Below, in pieces: positions 18,482 to 26,441 of a stretch of 34,567 nt of DNA (its first letter is position 1; each line of letters begins with the position of its first letter). The stretch spans positions 1 through 34,567 of the IMG/VR virus record IMGVR_UViG_3300034116_000357. One strand, written 5' to 3'. The position numbers and the translations under genes are program-made. Source of the stretch: a virus (lineage: Duplodnaviria; Caudoviricetes). Below the pieces are notes generated by a model. It did no database searches and had not been told where the DNA came from. It saw nothing but the letters and a program-made list of their open reading frames with translations.

Positions 18482-18984
18482 TACACGCCCTCTTTTTCTT
18501 TTAACTTATCAAAATACCACTGCGCCTTTTTTAAATCCTCAGAACCGTTTTTTTGCTTATAACGCCATTGATATTTTAATATGTTCCCGCGTAAAAATCC
18601 GATAAATTCTTCTTTGGTTAGCATTGATTCGATTGCGTCAATACATTCAACAGAACCGTTAGTATAGTGGCTTGGTGAATTTACTGGGTCGCTTGTTTTA
18701 ATCTGTGCGCCTGCATTAACTCGTTCTTTCTGCTTGTTTAAATGCTTAATAACATTATCCAATCGCACTGGCGAACATTCAACAAATGGCGGCAATTCTT
18801 CATAGCTTGTCAATGTGTATAAATACGCATTGTCTATTCTATCAGCAGATTTATGCACAATGCCTTCTTTGATTAACTTTTGAACCTTAAATTCCACTTG
18901 ATGTTGCTTTAAATCTGTTAGATCGGTTATTTCGCGCATTGTCATGCCTTGACGATTCCCGCGCTGAAGTATTTGCTGGATCAT
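18481..18984 (-). CDS. Winged-helix plus DUF3310 domain protein
   Basis: C-terminal DPVNSPSHY...ECIDAI...GF.RGN.LKY.WR...KNG.EDLKKA.WY. N-terminal GMTMREIT...L.KEG.V HTH-like segment. Confidence 0.8.
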   Translation of the reverse strand: MIQQILQRGNRQGMTMREITDLTDLKQHQVEFKVQKLIKEGIVHKSADRIDNAYLYTLTSYEELPPFVECSPVRLDNVIKHLNKQKERVNAGAQIKTSDPVNSPSHYTNGSVECIDAIESMLTKEEFIGFLRGNILKYQWRYKQKNGSEDLKKAQWYFDKLKEKEGV

Positions 18985-19181
18985 TTTTTGATCTCATTAA
19001 GTTGATATGGATGGCAAGTTAGATTCCATCTGCCTGCAAATTGCAAATTTTTAAACGCAAAATCCTGTCTAACTGCCGCGCTTTCACACGAAGCCTTGTC
19101 TGCAAATTTAATTGTTGTTTGTGTAAGCTCACCGTGAGTTGTTGCAGCGATAATTAAAATATAAGCTGTTGTTGCAATCAT
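18981..19181 (-). CDS. Small hypothetical protein with a hydrophobic N-terminus and two Cys
   Basis: ATGA-coupled 66-aa ORF. Confidence 0.6.
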   Translation of the reverse strand: MIATTAYILIIAATTHGELTQTTIKFADKASCESAAVRQDFAFKNLQFAGRWNLTCHPYQLNEIKK

Positions 19182-19612
19182 TTTGCTTCTCCGATGTAGC
19201 GGTATTCTCTATAATCAAGCCATGCGGGGTTGCCCATTGTTTTCTCCCAATTATTATCGAGGTTGACTTCAAACTCAACCCAAGGGTCAACACGTATTTG
19301 CGCTACCTCAGCGTATTTCATAATCATTTCTGCGTGTGGGTGTGGGGTGATTACTGGTTCTGGTCGGTGGTGTGAAACAATAAGCGTTTCTAATATGTTT
19401 TCATTATCACCATAAAAATTAACTTTAATGTCCATTTTTTTTACATTTTTATATAAATAAAGCCATTTTGGTTCATAGCATTGTAAAAAACCACATAAGT
19501 CATCCTGCTTTTCGTTCCATTCACAAAATTCTTGGTACAAATCTTTACTTGTCGATTGGTTACTAGCAATGCCAACCAATTCTGCAATCTGTTCGTTTGT
19601 TAATAAACTCAT
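19178..19612 (-). CDS. Hypothetical phage protein
   Basis: ATGA-coupled 144-aa ORF with a C-terminal HPHAEMIMKYA...PW.EFE segment. Confidence 0.65.
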   Translation of the reverse strand: MSLLTNEQIAELVGIASNQSTSKDLYQEFCEWNEKQDDLCGFLQCYEPKWLYLYKNVKKMDIKVNFYGDNENILETLIVSHHRPEPVITPHPHAEMIMKYAEVAQIRVDPWVEFEVNLDNNWEKTMGNPAWLDYREYRYIGEAK

Positions 19613-20043
19613 TTCCCTGTACTCCCAAAACCACCAACACCACGCTCAGTCACTGATCTAAATTCATCAACTTCTTCAAATATTGGACGCAATACAGGCA
19701 CAAAAAACATTTGAGCAATACGTTCGTTAGGTTGGATTCGATAACTATCACCATGTGTCATGCGCAACTTAACCATAATTTCGCCTTGATAATCACTGTC
19801 AATTACGCCAACCGTGTTCATCAAACCAACGCCATAATTAAAACCCAGCCCACTACGCGGAACAATTAAGCCAACAACAGACTTATCAGCAATATGGATT
19901 GCAATGCCTGTAGGAATTAGCACGGGCGTTTCTGGCGTTAAAAGCATGGTTTCTTCAATACAAGCGCATAAATCAATAGCGGCTGCGCCTTCAGTTTGGA
20001 ATTGCGGAATAACCGCGCTTGGTCTTACTTTTTTTATCTGCAT
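19609..20043 (-). CDS. dut: dUTPase (trimeric type)
   Basis: Motifs AAIDL, PRSGLG, GVIDSDYQGE, ERIAQ and RGVGGFGSTG. GGAGA RBS before ATG 20043. Confidence 0.95.
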   Translation of the reverse strand: MQIKKVRPSAVIPQFQTEGAAAIDLCACIEETMLLTPETPVLIPTGIAIHIADKSVVGLIVPRSGLGFNYGVGLMNTVGVIDSDYQGEIMVKLRMTHGDSYRIQPNERIAQMFFVPVLRPIFEEVDEFRSVTERGVGGFGSTGK

Positions 20044-20675
20044 AATGTCATCTCCCATTGTGTAGGCATGTCGCCAATCCACGTTTTTAAAAATTCCCGT
20101 GCGGTTTTATTTCCGCGCTGGCTTTCTGATAAATTAATGCGCTTAATTTGTATATGCTCGATTCCTTCATCATCAACAACCAACCTTCTACCAATCAGAT
20201 CACCGCAGTATTTCGCAAACTCTTTTTTATCATAAAAAAACACTCTCCAGTTTTTTACAATGCGCTCAAATCGTATTGCATTTCTCATGCGATAATTAAC
20301 CGTTTGTGGTGATAAACCATGCTCAGTAGCAAAGTCTAAAACAGTCTGTTCATCTTCGTTTGGGTGGCAAACAACAATATTATTAATTCTAAAATTATAA
20401 TTATCACCGTCTTTAAAAATAACAGCATCTTCAAAACTTGGATAATAACCATGTGAAAAGAAAACAGCCATGCGCCATGCTGTAAAATATTTTTTGCCAC
20501 CTTCTTTTTTAACGCAAATGGTAGCCTGCCGATTTGCGTAGTTAAAAGCCAATGGCTTGTCAGGTGTTCTTTTTCTGTAAAACGTGCCTGTGCCGCCACA
20601 ATAAATAATATTTTCTTTTATACTTTCCAACTCTTTAAGCGAAACTTTTAAATCTCTTTTTATTGGTTGCACCAT
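20034..20675 (-). CDS. HNH-like protein, catalytic His apparently absent
   Basis: AWRMAVFFSHGYYP...VIFKDGDNYNFRINNI resembles the HNH_3 pattern. Start MVQPIK follows AAAGGT. Confidence 0.6.
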   Translation of the reverse strand: MVQPIKRDLKVSLKELESIKENIIYCGGTGTFYRKRTPDKPLAFNYANRQATICVKKEGGKKYFTAWRMAVFFSHGYYPSFEDAVIFKDGDNYNFRINNIVVCHPNEDEQTVLDFATEHGLSPQTVNYRMRNAIRFERIVKNWRVFFYDKKEFAKYCGDLIGRRLVVDDEGIEHIQIKRINLSESQRGNKTAREFLKTWIGDMPTQWEMTLCR

Positions 20676-20679
20676 GCTA

Positions 20680-20841
20680 TTACCTTTGATGTTCAATTTT
20701 TAAATCAAAAATAGGGCGTATTTCATGACAACGATCACACTCTCTAATTCCTCTGCTTACATATTGCCGCCATGTTTTATGCTGGCAGTTTGTTGCGCTT
20801 GGCGTTGGTGTTACCTTCTCAACTGGTTTAATCAATGCCAT
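20680..20841 (-). CDS. Small putative zinc-binding protein (53 aa)
   Basis: Hand-translated MALIKPVEK...CQH...ECDRC. Confidence 0.5.
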   Translation of the reverse strand: MALIKPVEKVTPTPSATNCQHKTWRQYVSRGIRECDRCHEIRPIFDLKIEHQR

Positions 20842-20909
20842 AGCCATATCCCCGCTAATATGAGTGCTAACACATAGAATATTAATGCTGCAATGTCGTC
20901 AATCTCCAC
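20832..20909 (-). CDS. 25-aa single-TM peptide MEIDDIAALIFYVLALILAGIWLWH
   Basis: GTG start with upstream GGAG. Overlaps both neighbours and fills a gap in the operon. Confidence 0.45.
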   Translation of the reverse strand: MEIDDIAALIFYVLALILAGIWLWH

Positions 20910-20976
20910 TCGCGTACTCCACCATAAAACAAACTATTAAAACAAAAATGCCAGTCCAAAAAATTAACTCAGCCAT
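20899..20976 (-). CDS. 25-aa single-TM peptide MAELIFWTGIFVLIVCFMVEYASGD
   Basis: ATG with upstream GAGGA, overlapping the stop of the upstream ORF. Confidence 0.5.
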   Translation of the reverse strand: MAELIFWTGIFVLIVCFMVEYASGD

Positions 20977-21127
20977 GTTTACGTTCCTCTATAAATTTTG
21001 CCAATATAAATTGAATATCAATGGTTTCTTTAATGCTGCGCAGTTTTTGACGCTTCAGGCTTTTACGTTCTTCTTTTAATTCATTAAGCCTGTTAATCAG
21101 GTGTTCTTCTAATGCAATCTGTTTCAT
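20969..21127 (-). CDS. Small coiled-coil hypothetical protein (52 aa)
   Basis: Hand-translated MKQIALEEHLINRLNELKEERK. ATGA-coupled. Confidence 0.55.
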   Translation of the reverse strand: MKQIALEEHLINRLNELKEERKSLKRQKLRSIKETIDIQFILAKFIEERKHG

Positions 21128-21324
21128 CTCGCCACCATATCCCCAGCAACATTGCGTTGCATCTCATAAACAGTAAAAATCTTACCGTCTCTTAAAACAA
21201 ACTCGCCAATATTTGTTTTAATAATTTCATAATGATGTCTGTGTGTTGCTGCTATTGTAATAAAGCAAAGCAATGCACCTATCAAGAATGAACAAATAGC
21301 CACCCAAATTAAATCTTTTTTCAT
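21124..21324 (-). CDS. Small membrane-anchored hypothetical protein
   Basis: N-terminal TM LIWVAICSFLIGALLCFITIAA. GGAG RBS and ATGA coupling. Confidence 0.65.
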   Translation of the reverse strand: MKKDLIWVAICSFLIGALLCFITIAATHRHHYEIIKTNIGEFVLRDGKIFTVYEMQRNVAGDMVAR

Positions 21325-21728
21325 TCTACCACTCCAATCCCATGTGAAATTTCAGCAAAAACAATACCTTCTTGAAAGGCTATTTGTTCACATTTGGTAT
21401 TATATGCTTTTGACATTCTTTCTCTAATCTCATGTCCAAAAGGTTCACTTTTTAATGGTGCTAGGTAGACAGGAGTAACATCTGTAACGTTATGCCATCT
21501 TATGTAAGGCTTATCAACTTTAAATACTGTTTGAATATCTCCGTAACAATCTTCCTGCTTGTATAGATAACCAACTGGTGAAACATCTTGATTAAGTATA
21601 GCGGTTTGCTTTTCGTTCCATTCAATCAATTTTTTTATAAAACATTCCTCGTGCGGTTCAGTACATTCACCAATATCATCATGAAAATTTTGTATTTCTT
21701 CTAGTTGTTTTTGTGTTAGTAAGCTCAT
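21321..21728 (-). CDS. Hypothetical phage protein
   Basis: GGAG RBS and ATGA coupling. Contains a PVGYLY...TPVY.AP segment. Confidence 0.65.
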   Translation of the reverse strand: MSLLTQKQLEEIQNFHDDIGECTEPHEECFIKKLIEWNEKQTAILNQDVSPVGYLYKQEDCYGDIQTVFKVDKPYIRWHNVTDVTPVYLAPLKSEPFGHEIRERMSKAYNTKCEQIAFQEGIVFAEISHGIGVVE

Positions 21729-21973
21729 TCTACTACTCCCGTTGCGCTGTCATTGCAGACAGCAGTGATGATTCTGGTTGGTCTTTTGCTCATCTGGTAA
21801 GCACCAACAGCAAGATTCCATTCTTCTTTGGCGTTAGCGCATGCTTGGCGCGTGTCATAAGGTATTGCCGTTGTTGTGTAGGCAATGCGCTCAACCTGTG
21901 TTGTATGGCCTTTTTTGTCGATTGTGGTATCGACTGTTAAAAATGATAAAGTTAGTAAAAGAGTTGCGCTCAT
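21725..21973 (-). CDS. Small hypothetical protein with a hydrophobic N-terminus and two Cys
   Basis: ATGA-coupled 82-aa ORF. Confidence 0.6.
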   Translation of the reverse strand: MSATLLLTLSFLTVDTTIDKKGHTTQVERIAYTTTAIPYDTRQACANAKEEWNLAVGAYQMSKRPTRIITAVCNDSATGVVE

Positions 21974-22122
21974 AAAACCGCCTTTAATTTTAATAATTCG
22001 CGTTTAATTGTGTAAAGCTCAGTTGTTGCTTTATTGCTTTTAGCCCAAAAATAAACAGCGGTTAAAATAAACACCACATAAGCAATGCCTGTTTGATCTA
22101 ACATCTTTAAAAATTCAATCAT
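21970..22122 (-). CDS. Small single-TM protein (50 aa)
   Basis: Hand-translated MIEFLKMLDQTGIAYVVFILTAVYFW. AGGTG RBS. Confidence 0.55.
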   Translation of the reverse strand: MIEFLKMLDQTGIAYVVFILTAVYFWAKSNKATTELYTIKRELLKLKAVL

Positions 22123-22138
22123 AAATCACCTTTGTATT

Positions 22139-22163
22139 AAAAAAAGCCACTTGTCTTAGCGGC
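22139..22163 (-). terminator. Probable intrinsic terminator or attenuator in the early left operon
   Basis: Minus strand GCCGCT-AAGACA-AGTGGC followed by T7. Confidence 0.55.
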
Positions 22164-22180
22164 AGAGGTAGGAGTAAATT

Positions 22181-22498
22181 TTAAATTAATTCTAAATAGT
22201 TTAAGTCCGATTTAAAATCGTTTAAGTAAATTTCATCAATGCCTTTTTCTGCTTTATTAAAAATATTAACTAAATTATCGTCAATGTGCTCATAAGTAAT
22301 TTCAGTTAGTTTTTCAGAGTTCATTTCTTCGCCATTTTCATCAAATAAATTAACTTCTGTTACATCAATTTCTCTATTATCTTCAATGTCATGATAAAAG
22401 TCTGCTGGAATATATGAACCAGATAACATTGCAGTAGCACCAACGCCAATTGTTACACCATCGTTTGATACGATGTCGAAGTAAAGTTGTATTTCCAT
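22181..22498 (-). CDS. Acidic hypothetical protein
   Basis: AGGAG RBS, 105 aa, strongly Asp/Glu-rich. Confidence 0.7.
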   Translation of the reverse strand: MEIQLYFDIVSNDGVTIGVGATAMLSGSYIPADFYHDIEDNREIDVTEVNLFDENGEEMNSEKLTEITYEHIDDNLVNIFNKAEKGIDEIYLNDFKSDLNYLELI

Positions 22499-22653
22499 TA
22501 GATTTCTCCTAAAATATCAGTAACAATTCCATTTACTTTAACTTTCATTCCATTTTCGTCAAGTGTTTCAGTTTCTACATAATCACCAATTTTAACTTTT
22601 GTATAAATCGGTGCTATAGTGTCGTCGTTAATTAATATTGTTGTCATTGTCAT
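22498..22653 (-). CDS. Small hypothetical protein (51 aa)
   Basis: GGAG RBS. First gene after the promoter at 22703-22731. TAATG-coupled to the next gene. Confidence 0.6.
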   Translation of the reverse strand: MTMTTILINDDTIAPIYTKVKIGDYVETETLDENGMKVKVNGIVTDILGEI

Positions 22654-22698
22654 TTTATTTACTCCAGTTATTTTTGTTATACGTTTTTGTTAACGTGC

Positions 22699-22731
22699 GC
22701 ATATAGTAAAACAAAAATTTACTATATGCAA
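22699..22731 (-). promoter_or_regulatory. Sigma70-type promoter overlapped by a 12-bp inverted repeat (operator)
   Basis: Minus strand TTGCAT-N17-TACTAT. Inverted repeat GCATATAGTAAA-N7-TTTACTATATGC. Confidence 0.7.
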
Positions 22732-22748
22732 GCATTAATTAAAAATAT

Positions 22749-23189
22749 TTAAAAAGGAATATCATCATGCTGTGGTTGTTGTGCAGTTCTAGCAACTTTA
22801 TTTTGTGCTATTTCCTCATAAGCCTGCGCAGGTGTTTGATAGACTGGTTGTGCCTGTACTGGTTGCGCGTTTGTGTCGCGCTTGCCAACTAAATCAATAA
22901 TATTAGCGTTAATTTCCAGCGTTGTTTTTTTAACTCCATCTGTTCCTGCAAATTCGCTTTGCGTCATTTCGCCCGATATGAACACTTGTTGCCCTTTCTT
23001 CAGGTAATCTTTTAAACTTCCTTCTGCGCGTTTACCCCATAGCGCAACGCGGAACCAAATAGTTTGCTGTTTATCGCCAAAGCCGATGTTATTGGCTACC
23101 GCCACATTTAAAACAGTTTGCCCGCTTGCTGTATATCTTACTTCTGCATCACGTCCAACCGTACCTGTAAAACTAATTACGTTACTCAT
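22749..23189 (-). CDS. ssb: Single-stranded DNA-binding protein
   Basis: G.VGRDAEVRYT.SG, W.RV.LWGK.AE, YLKKG.QV and a C-terminal DDIPF. Confidence 0.95.
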   Translation of the reverse strand: MSNVISFTGTVGRDAEVRYTASGQTVLNVAVANNIGFGDKQQTIWFRVALWGKRAEGSLKDYLKKGQQVFISGEMTQSEFAGTDGVKKTTLEINANIIDLVGKRDTNAQPVQAQPVYQTPAQAYEEIAQNKVARTAQQPQHDDIPF

Positions 23190-23192
23190 AAT

Positions 23193-23870
23193 CTAAACTC
23201 CTAATAAAAAAATTGCTAAATCAACGCGCTTTTCTAGCTCGTATCGTTCCTCTTGTGTCACAAGCCATTTATAGCGCATGACATTTTTATAATATCCTCC
23301 ATTAATTAAATATGGTAATTCTTCATCTTTTGCATTAGCAATAAAATGAAATCGTCTGTCGTCTTGATCTAATGACGCTGACCTGATTGCGTCTAACTCT
23401 TCTTGATATGGGCAAAATACAATTAATTCCGCATAATCTACGCCCGTTAAAATAGCGTTGCTTACAAGTTGCCAATAATATTCTGGGAAGTCATCTTTCA
23501 ATGAATCATTTTTAAATGATTTTTCAAGTTCACAAAAATTTTTTAATTGTGGGCATTTAATATCTCCAACACAATCAGAGCCGATTAAATCTGGCGCACC
23601 AGTCCAGCGGGTAAATTTAGGATGAACTATACGCTCAGTTGACGCTAATTCGTACTCTAAGCCGATATGATGATCGTTTACATAAGACTCGACAAACGTA
23701 CCCCATAAAGCAGTGCGTGATGATTGGTCAGTGCTTAATGATCTACCCAAACGCATTTCATACCGTGTTTCTTCAATATATGTTAACGCTGGCTTACCAA
23801 GTGAATCAGCCGCCTTTCCATTTGTCATCAATTTATAAATATTGCTACTGCTAAACGTTCCTGATCTCAT
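23193..23870 (-). CDS. YqaJ-like / lambda-exonuclease family nuclease
   Basis: FSSS.I..L, WG...E, G.PD...DIKCP and YYWQ motifs. Lies between SSB and the annealing protein. Confidence 0.8.
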   Translation of the reverse strand: MRSGTFSSSNIYKLMTNGKAADSLGKPALTYIEETRYEMRLGRSLSTDQSSRTALWGTFVESYVNDHHIGLEYELASTERIVHPKFTRWTGAPDLIGSDCVGDIKCPQLKNFCELEKSFKNDSLKDDFPEYYWQLVSNAILTGVDYAELIVFCPYQEELDAIRSASLDQDDRRFHFIANAKDEELPYLINGGYYKNVMRYKWLVTQEERYELEKRVDLAIFLLGV

Positions 23871-24520
23871 TATTTGCTCTCCAAAAATAAAATTAATTTT
23901 TTGTAGCTGGTTTTCTCTCGATTATTAACGATGCGATGCGCATAATGCAGTTCTTTTTCGCTTAATAATTCAGTTTTTAGCGTTAATTGCTCAATTGCGT
24001 AATTCCAATCTTGAGCAATGAATCTTACTTCATCTTTGATTTCATCAACACTTAAAACATCACGTCTATTTAAGTTTGCGCCAAACAAATCGCCAAAATG
24101 ATCGCAAGCATCTTTAATTGCAACCGTTTTAGCCAATGGGAACGCCATTGATAACGCGCCATTGTTAATGCTTGCTAGATCGGCAACACTGCAACCTTTT
24201 TTAGTTTGAAGTTGAGCAGCTCCAATGCCGTCATGATAATTCCATTCATTTGTTACTGGGTGCAAGTAATGAACGCGAACAGTAACCCAAACACCGTTGA
24301 AAGCTGTACCCTGCCCAGTAATTTCAATTTTCCACTGCGGAAAAATTGCTTTCATTAATGTTTCGACTTTATCAATTGGTAAATACCGATAACCAGCAAT
24401 ATACGGGTGTTTTTTTACCCACTCCTCAATAGGTTGCTGATTCATAAGATCATCAAATTTTTTGACGTTTGGGTTGATGACAACCCCATTTTTTATATCA
24501 TCTAATGTTGCTAATTGCAT
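23870..24520 (-). CDS. Single-strand annealing protein, Rad52/Sak-like
   Basis: AAGGTG RBS before ATG 24520. Y.YLP...V..L...F..W, V.VRV, DGIG and A.T.AIKDA...FG pattern. Confidence 0.7.
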   Translation of the reverse strand: MQLATLDDIKNGVVINPNVKKFDDLMNQQPIEEWVKKHPYIAGYRYLPIDKVETLMKAIFPQWKIEITGQGTAFNGVWVTVRVHYLHPVTNEWNYHDGIGAAQLQTKKGCSVADLASINNGALSMAFPLAKTVAIKDACDHFGDLFGANLNRRDVLSVDEIKDEVRFIAQDWNYAIEQLTLKTELLSEKELHYAHRIVNNREKTSYKKLILFLESK

Positions 24521-24562
24521 ATTTTCACCTTTTTTATTATGAATCACCGCGATTCGTGTTAA

Positions 24563-24606
24563 ATTATAAAATAAAGATTTACAGAAGTAAAGAAAAGTTT
24601 TATTAT
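24563..24606. promoter_or_regulatory. Back-to-back divergent sigma70-type promoters with two operator-like sites
   Basis: Minus strand TTTACT(24591-86)-N17-TATAAT(24568-63). Plus strand TTTACA(24578-83)-N17-TATTAT(24601-06). Confidence 0.7.
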
Positions 24607-24633
24607 ACAACCACCAAAAGAAAAGAGGAAATC

Positions 24634-24825
24634 ATGGATTTAATAAATATTGTTAATTATTTTGGTAGCAAGCAAAAACTTGCTCAAGCAATTGGAACAT
24701 CAAAGCAAAACGTAAACATTTGGAAAGATAAAGGTTATGTTCCAACAAAATGGGCTATTGAGATTGAAAAAGCATCTAATGGCGAAATTCAAAGATCAGA
24801 AATAAGACCGGATATTTTTACATGA
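24634..24825 (+). CDS. Cro-like HTH regulator (YdaS type)
   Basis: GAGGA RBS. YFGS.QKLA.AIG.SKQ.V..W...VP..WA..IE.AS.G....SEIRPDIF. Confidence 0.85.
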   Translation: MDLINIVNYFGSKQKLAQAIGTSKQNVNIWKDKGYVPTKWAIEIEKASNGEIQRSEIRPDIFT

Positions 24826-26231
24826 TAAAAGACAGAGATTATCAAATAAACGCCATACAAGGCGTAAGAAACGCAATTTTTAACGGTAGTAAGCGTGTTC
24901 TGGTACAAGCATCAACAGGAGCAGGTAAAACGCATATAGCTGCGCGTATTATTGAATCAGCAGTAAACAAAGGTAAGCGTGTGCTATTTGTCGCGCATAG
25001 AAAAGAGATCATTGGGCAATCTTCATTAAAACTTGATTCAATGGATATTGAACATGGGATTATTATGGCAAATCACCCACGCTATAAACCAACAGAGCTG
25101 GTTCAAGTTGCAAGCGTTCAAACATTGCGCGTTAGACATAAACCAAAAGCCGATATTGTTTTTTTTGATGAGGCACATTTAAGCGTTTCAAAATCATTTT
25201 TAGATCTTGTTGAGCATTATAAAGAATCAATTATTATTGGATTAACCGCCACGCCTGTTCGTACTGATGGGCGTGGACTTGGTGAAATATATCAACACAT
25301 GACGCAAGTCGTCCCAATGCGTGAATTGATTGAACAAGGTTTTTTAGTTCAACCACGAGTTTTTGCACCTTTTGTTCCAAATTTAGGAAATTTTAAAGTT
25401 GTTCGCGGTGATTATGATGCAACGCAAGTTGCAGCGGAGATGGATAAATCAAGTATTACGGGCGATATTGTTAAGCATTGGAAGCAACACGCGCAAGGAA
25501 GATCAACAATTTGTTTTGCTTCAAGCGTGGCGCACAGTGAACATATTGTTGATGAATTTAATGCTAACGGTATAACTGCAAAGCATTTAGACGCCAAAAC
25601 ACCCGCGCATTTGCGCGATAAAATCATTGATGACTTCAAAATCGGTAAATTTAAAGTGCTTTCAAATATGGGTATTTTAATTGAAGGTTTTGATTATCCT
25701 GAAACATCCTGCGTTATTCTTGCAAGACCAACTCAATCAGTAACGATTTATTTGCAAGCGGTTGGACGCGGTATGCGTACTGCTTGTGGCAAAGATGATG
25801 TAATTATTTTAGATCATGCTGGATTAACACACTTGCATGGATTTGTTACTGATGATAGAGAATGGTCACTTGATGGCAGAAAAAAGAAATCAAGAAAAAA
25901 TGCTGAAGATAAAGCATTATCGGTGCATATTTGCGTTAAATGTTTTTGTGCTTACAGTAAACAAGAGCATCCAGATGCTTGTCCTGAATGTGGCAAAGAA
26001 ACAGAAAAACGCGCAATTATTGAAGTTGATACTGATGCACAACTTGTTGAGATTGTGCCAAAAGAAGTAATAAAGGCACAAAAACGAATGGAGCTGGTGC
26101 AAGCAAGAACATTAGAGGAGCTTGTTGATCTTGGACGCTCGCGTGGTTATCAATACCCAGTGCAATGGGCAAAACGAATTATTGAACAGCGAAATGCTTG
26201 GCAGAATAAAAAACGTGGGGTGTTGTTATGA
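24822..26231 (+). CDS. SF2 DEAD/DEAH-box helicase with a C-terminal zinc ribbon
   Basis: TGAGKT, DEAH, GLTATP, EGFD.P, QAVGRGMR and CxxC...CxxC. Confidence 0.92.
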   Translation: MIKDRDYQINAIQGVRNAIFNGSKRVLVQASTGAGKTHIAARIIESAVNKGKRVLFVAHRKEIIGQSSLKLDSMDIEHGIIMANHPRYKPTELVQVASVQTLRVRHKPKADIVFFDEAHLSVSKSFLDLVEHYKESIIIGLTATPVRTDGRGLGEIYQHMTQVVPMRELIEQGFLVQPRVFAPFVPNLGNFKVVRGDYDATQVAAEMDKSSITGDIVKHWKQHAQGRSTICFASSVAHSEHIVDEFNANGITAKHLDAKTPAHLRDKIIDDFKIGKFKVLSNMGILIEGFDYPETSCVILARPTQSVTIYLQAVGRGMRTACGKDDVIILDHAGLTHLHGFVTDDREWSLDGRKKKSRKNAEDKALSVHICVKCFCAYSKQEHPDACPECGKETEKRAIIEVDTDAQLVEIVPKEVIKAQKRMELVQARTLEELVDLGRSRGYQYPVQWAKRIIEQRNAWQNKKRGVLL

Positions 26232-26437
26232 GTAAACCAGATGAATCAAGCCGTATTTATTCTGATTCTTCTATATCAGGAGAATTGATATATGGAATTC
26301 CTTCTCTTACTATAATTACTGATGCGTTTGACGATATTAAACATACTCACCGAATTATGTTTGATAATGTAAAAATAGCCGAAGAAATGGCTAATCAATT
26401 ATTGCAGTTAGTTTTTGAACATACTGAAAAAGGGTGA
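26228..26437 (+). CDS. Hypothetical protein
   Basis: ATGA-coupled 69-aa ORF, paralogous to the N-terminal part of the next ORF. Confidence 0.6.
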   Translation: MSKPDESSRIYSDSSISGELIYGIPSLTIITDAFDDIKHTHRIMFDNVKIAEEMANQLLQLVFEHTEKG

Positions 26438-26441
26438 TGGC

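Noticed and set aside
24505-24633. Longer starts in the ORF track for the annealing protein (24610) and the Cro-like gene (24505)
   Set aside because: Both extensions run through the divergent promoter region. The RBS-supported ATGs are at 24520 and 24634.
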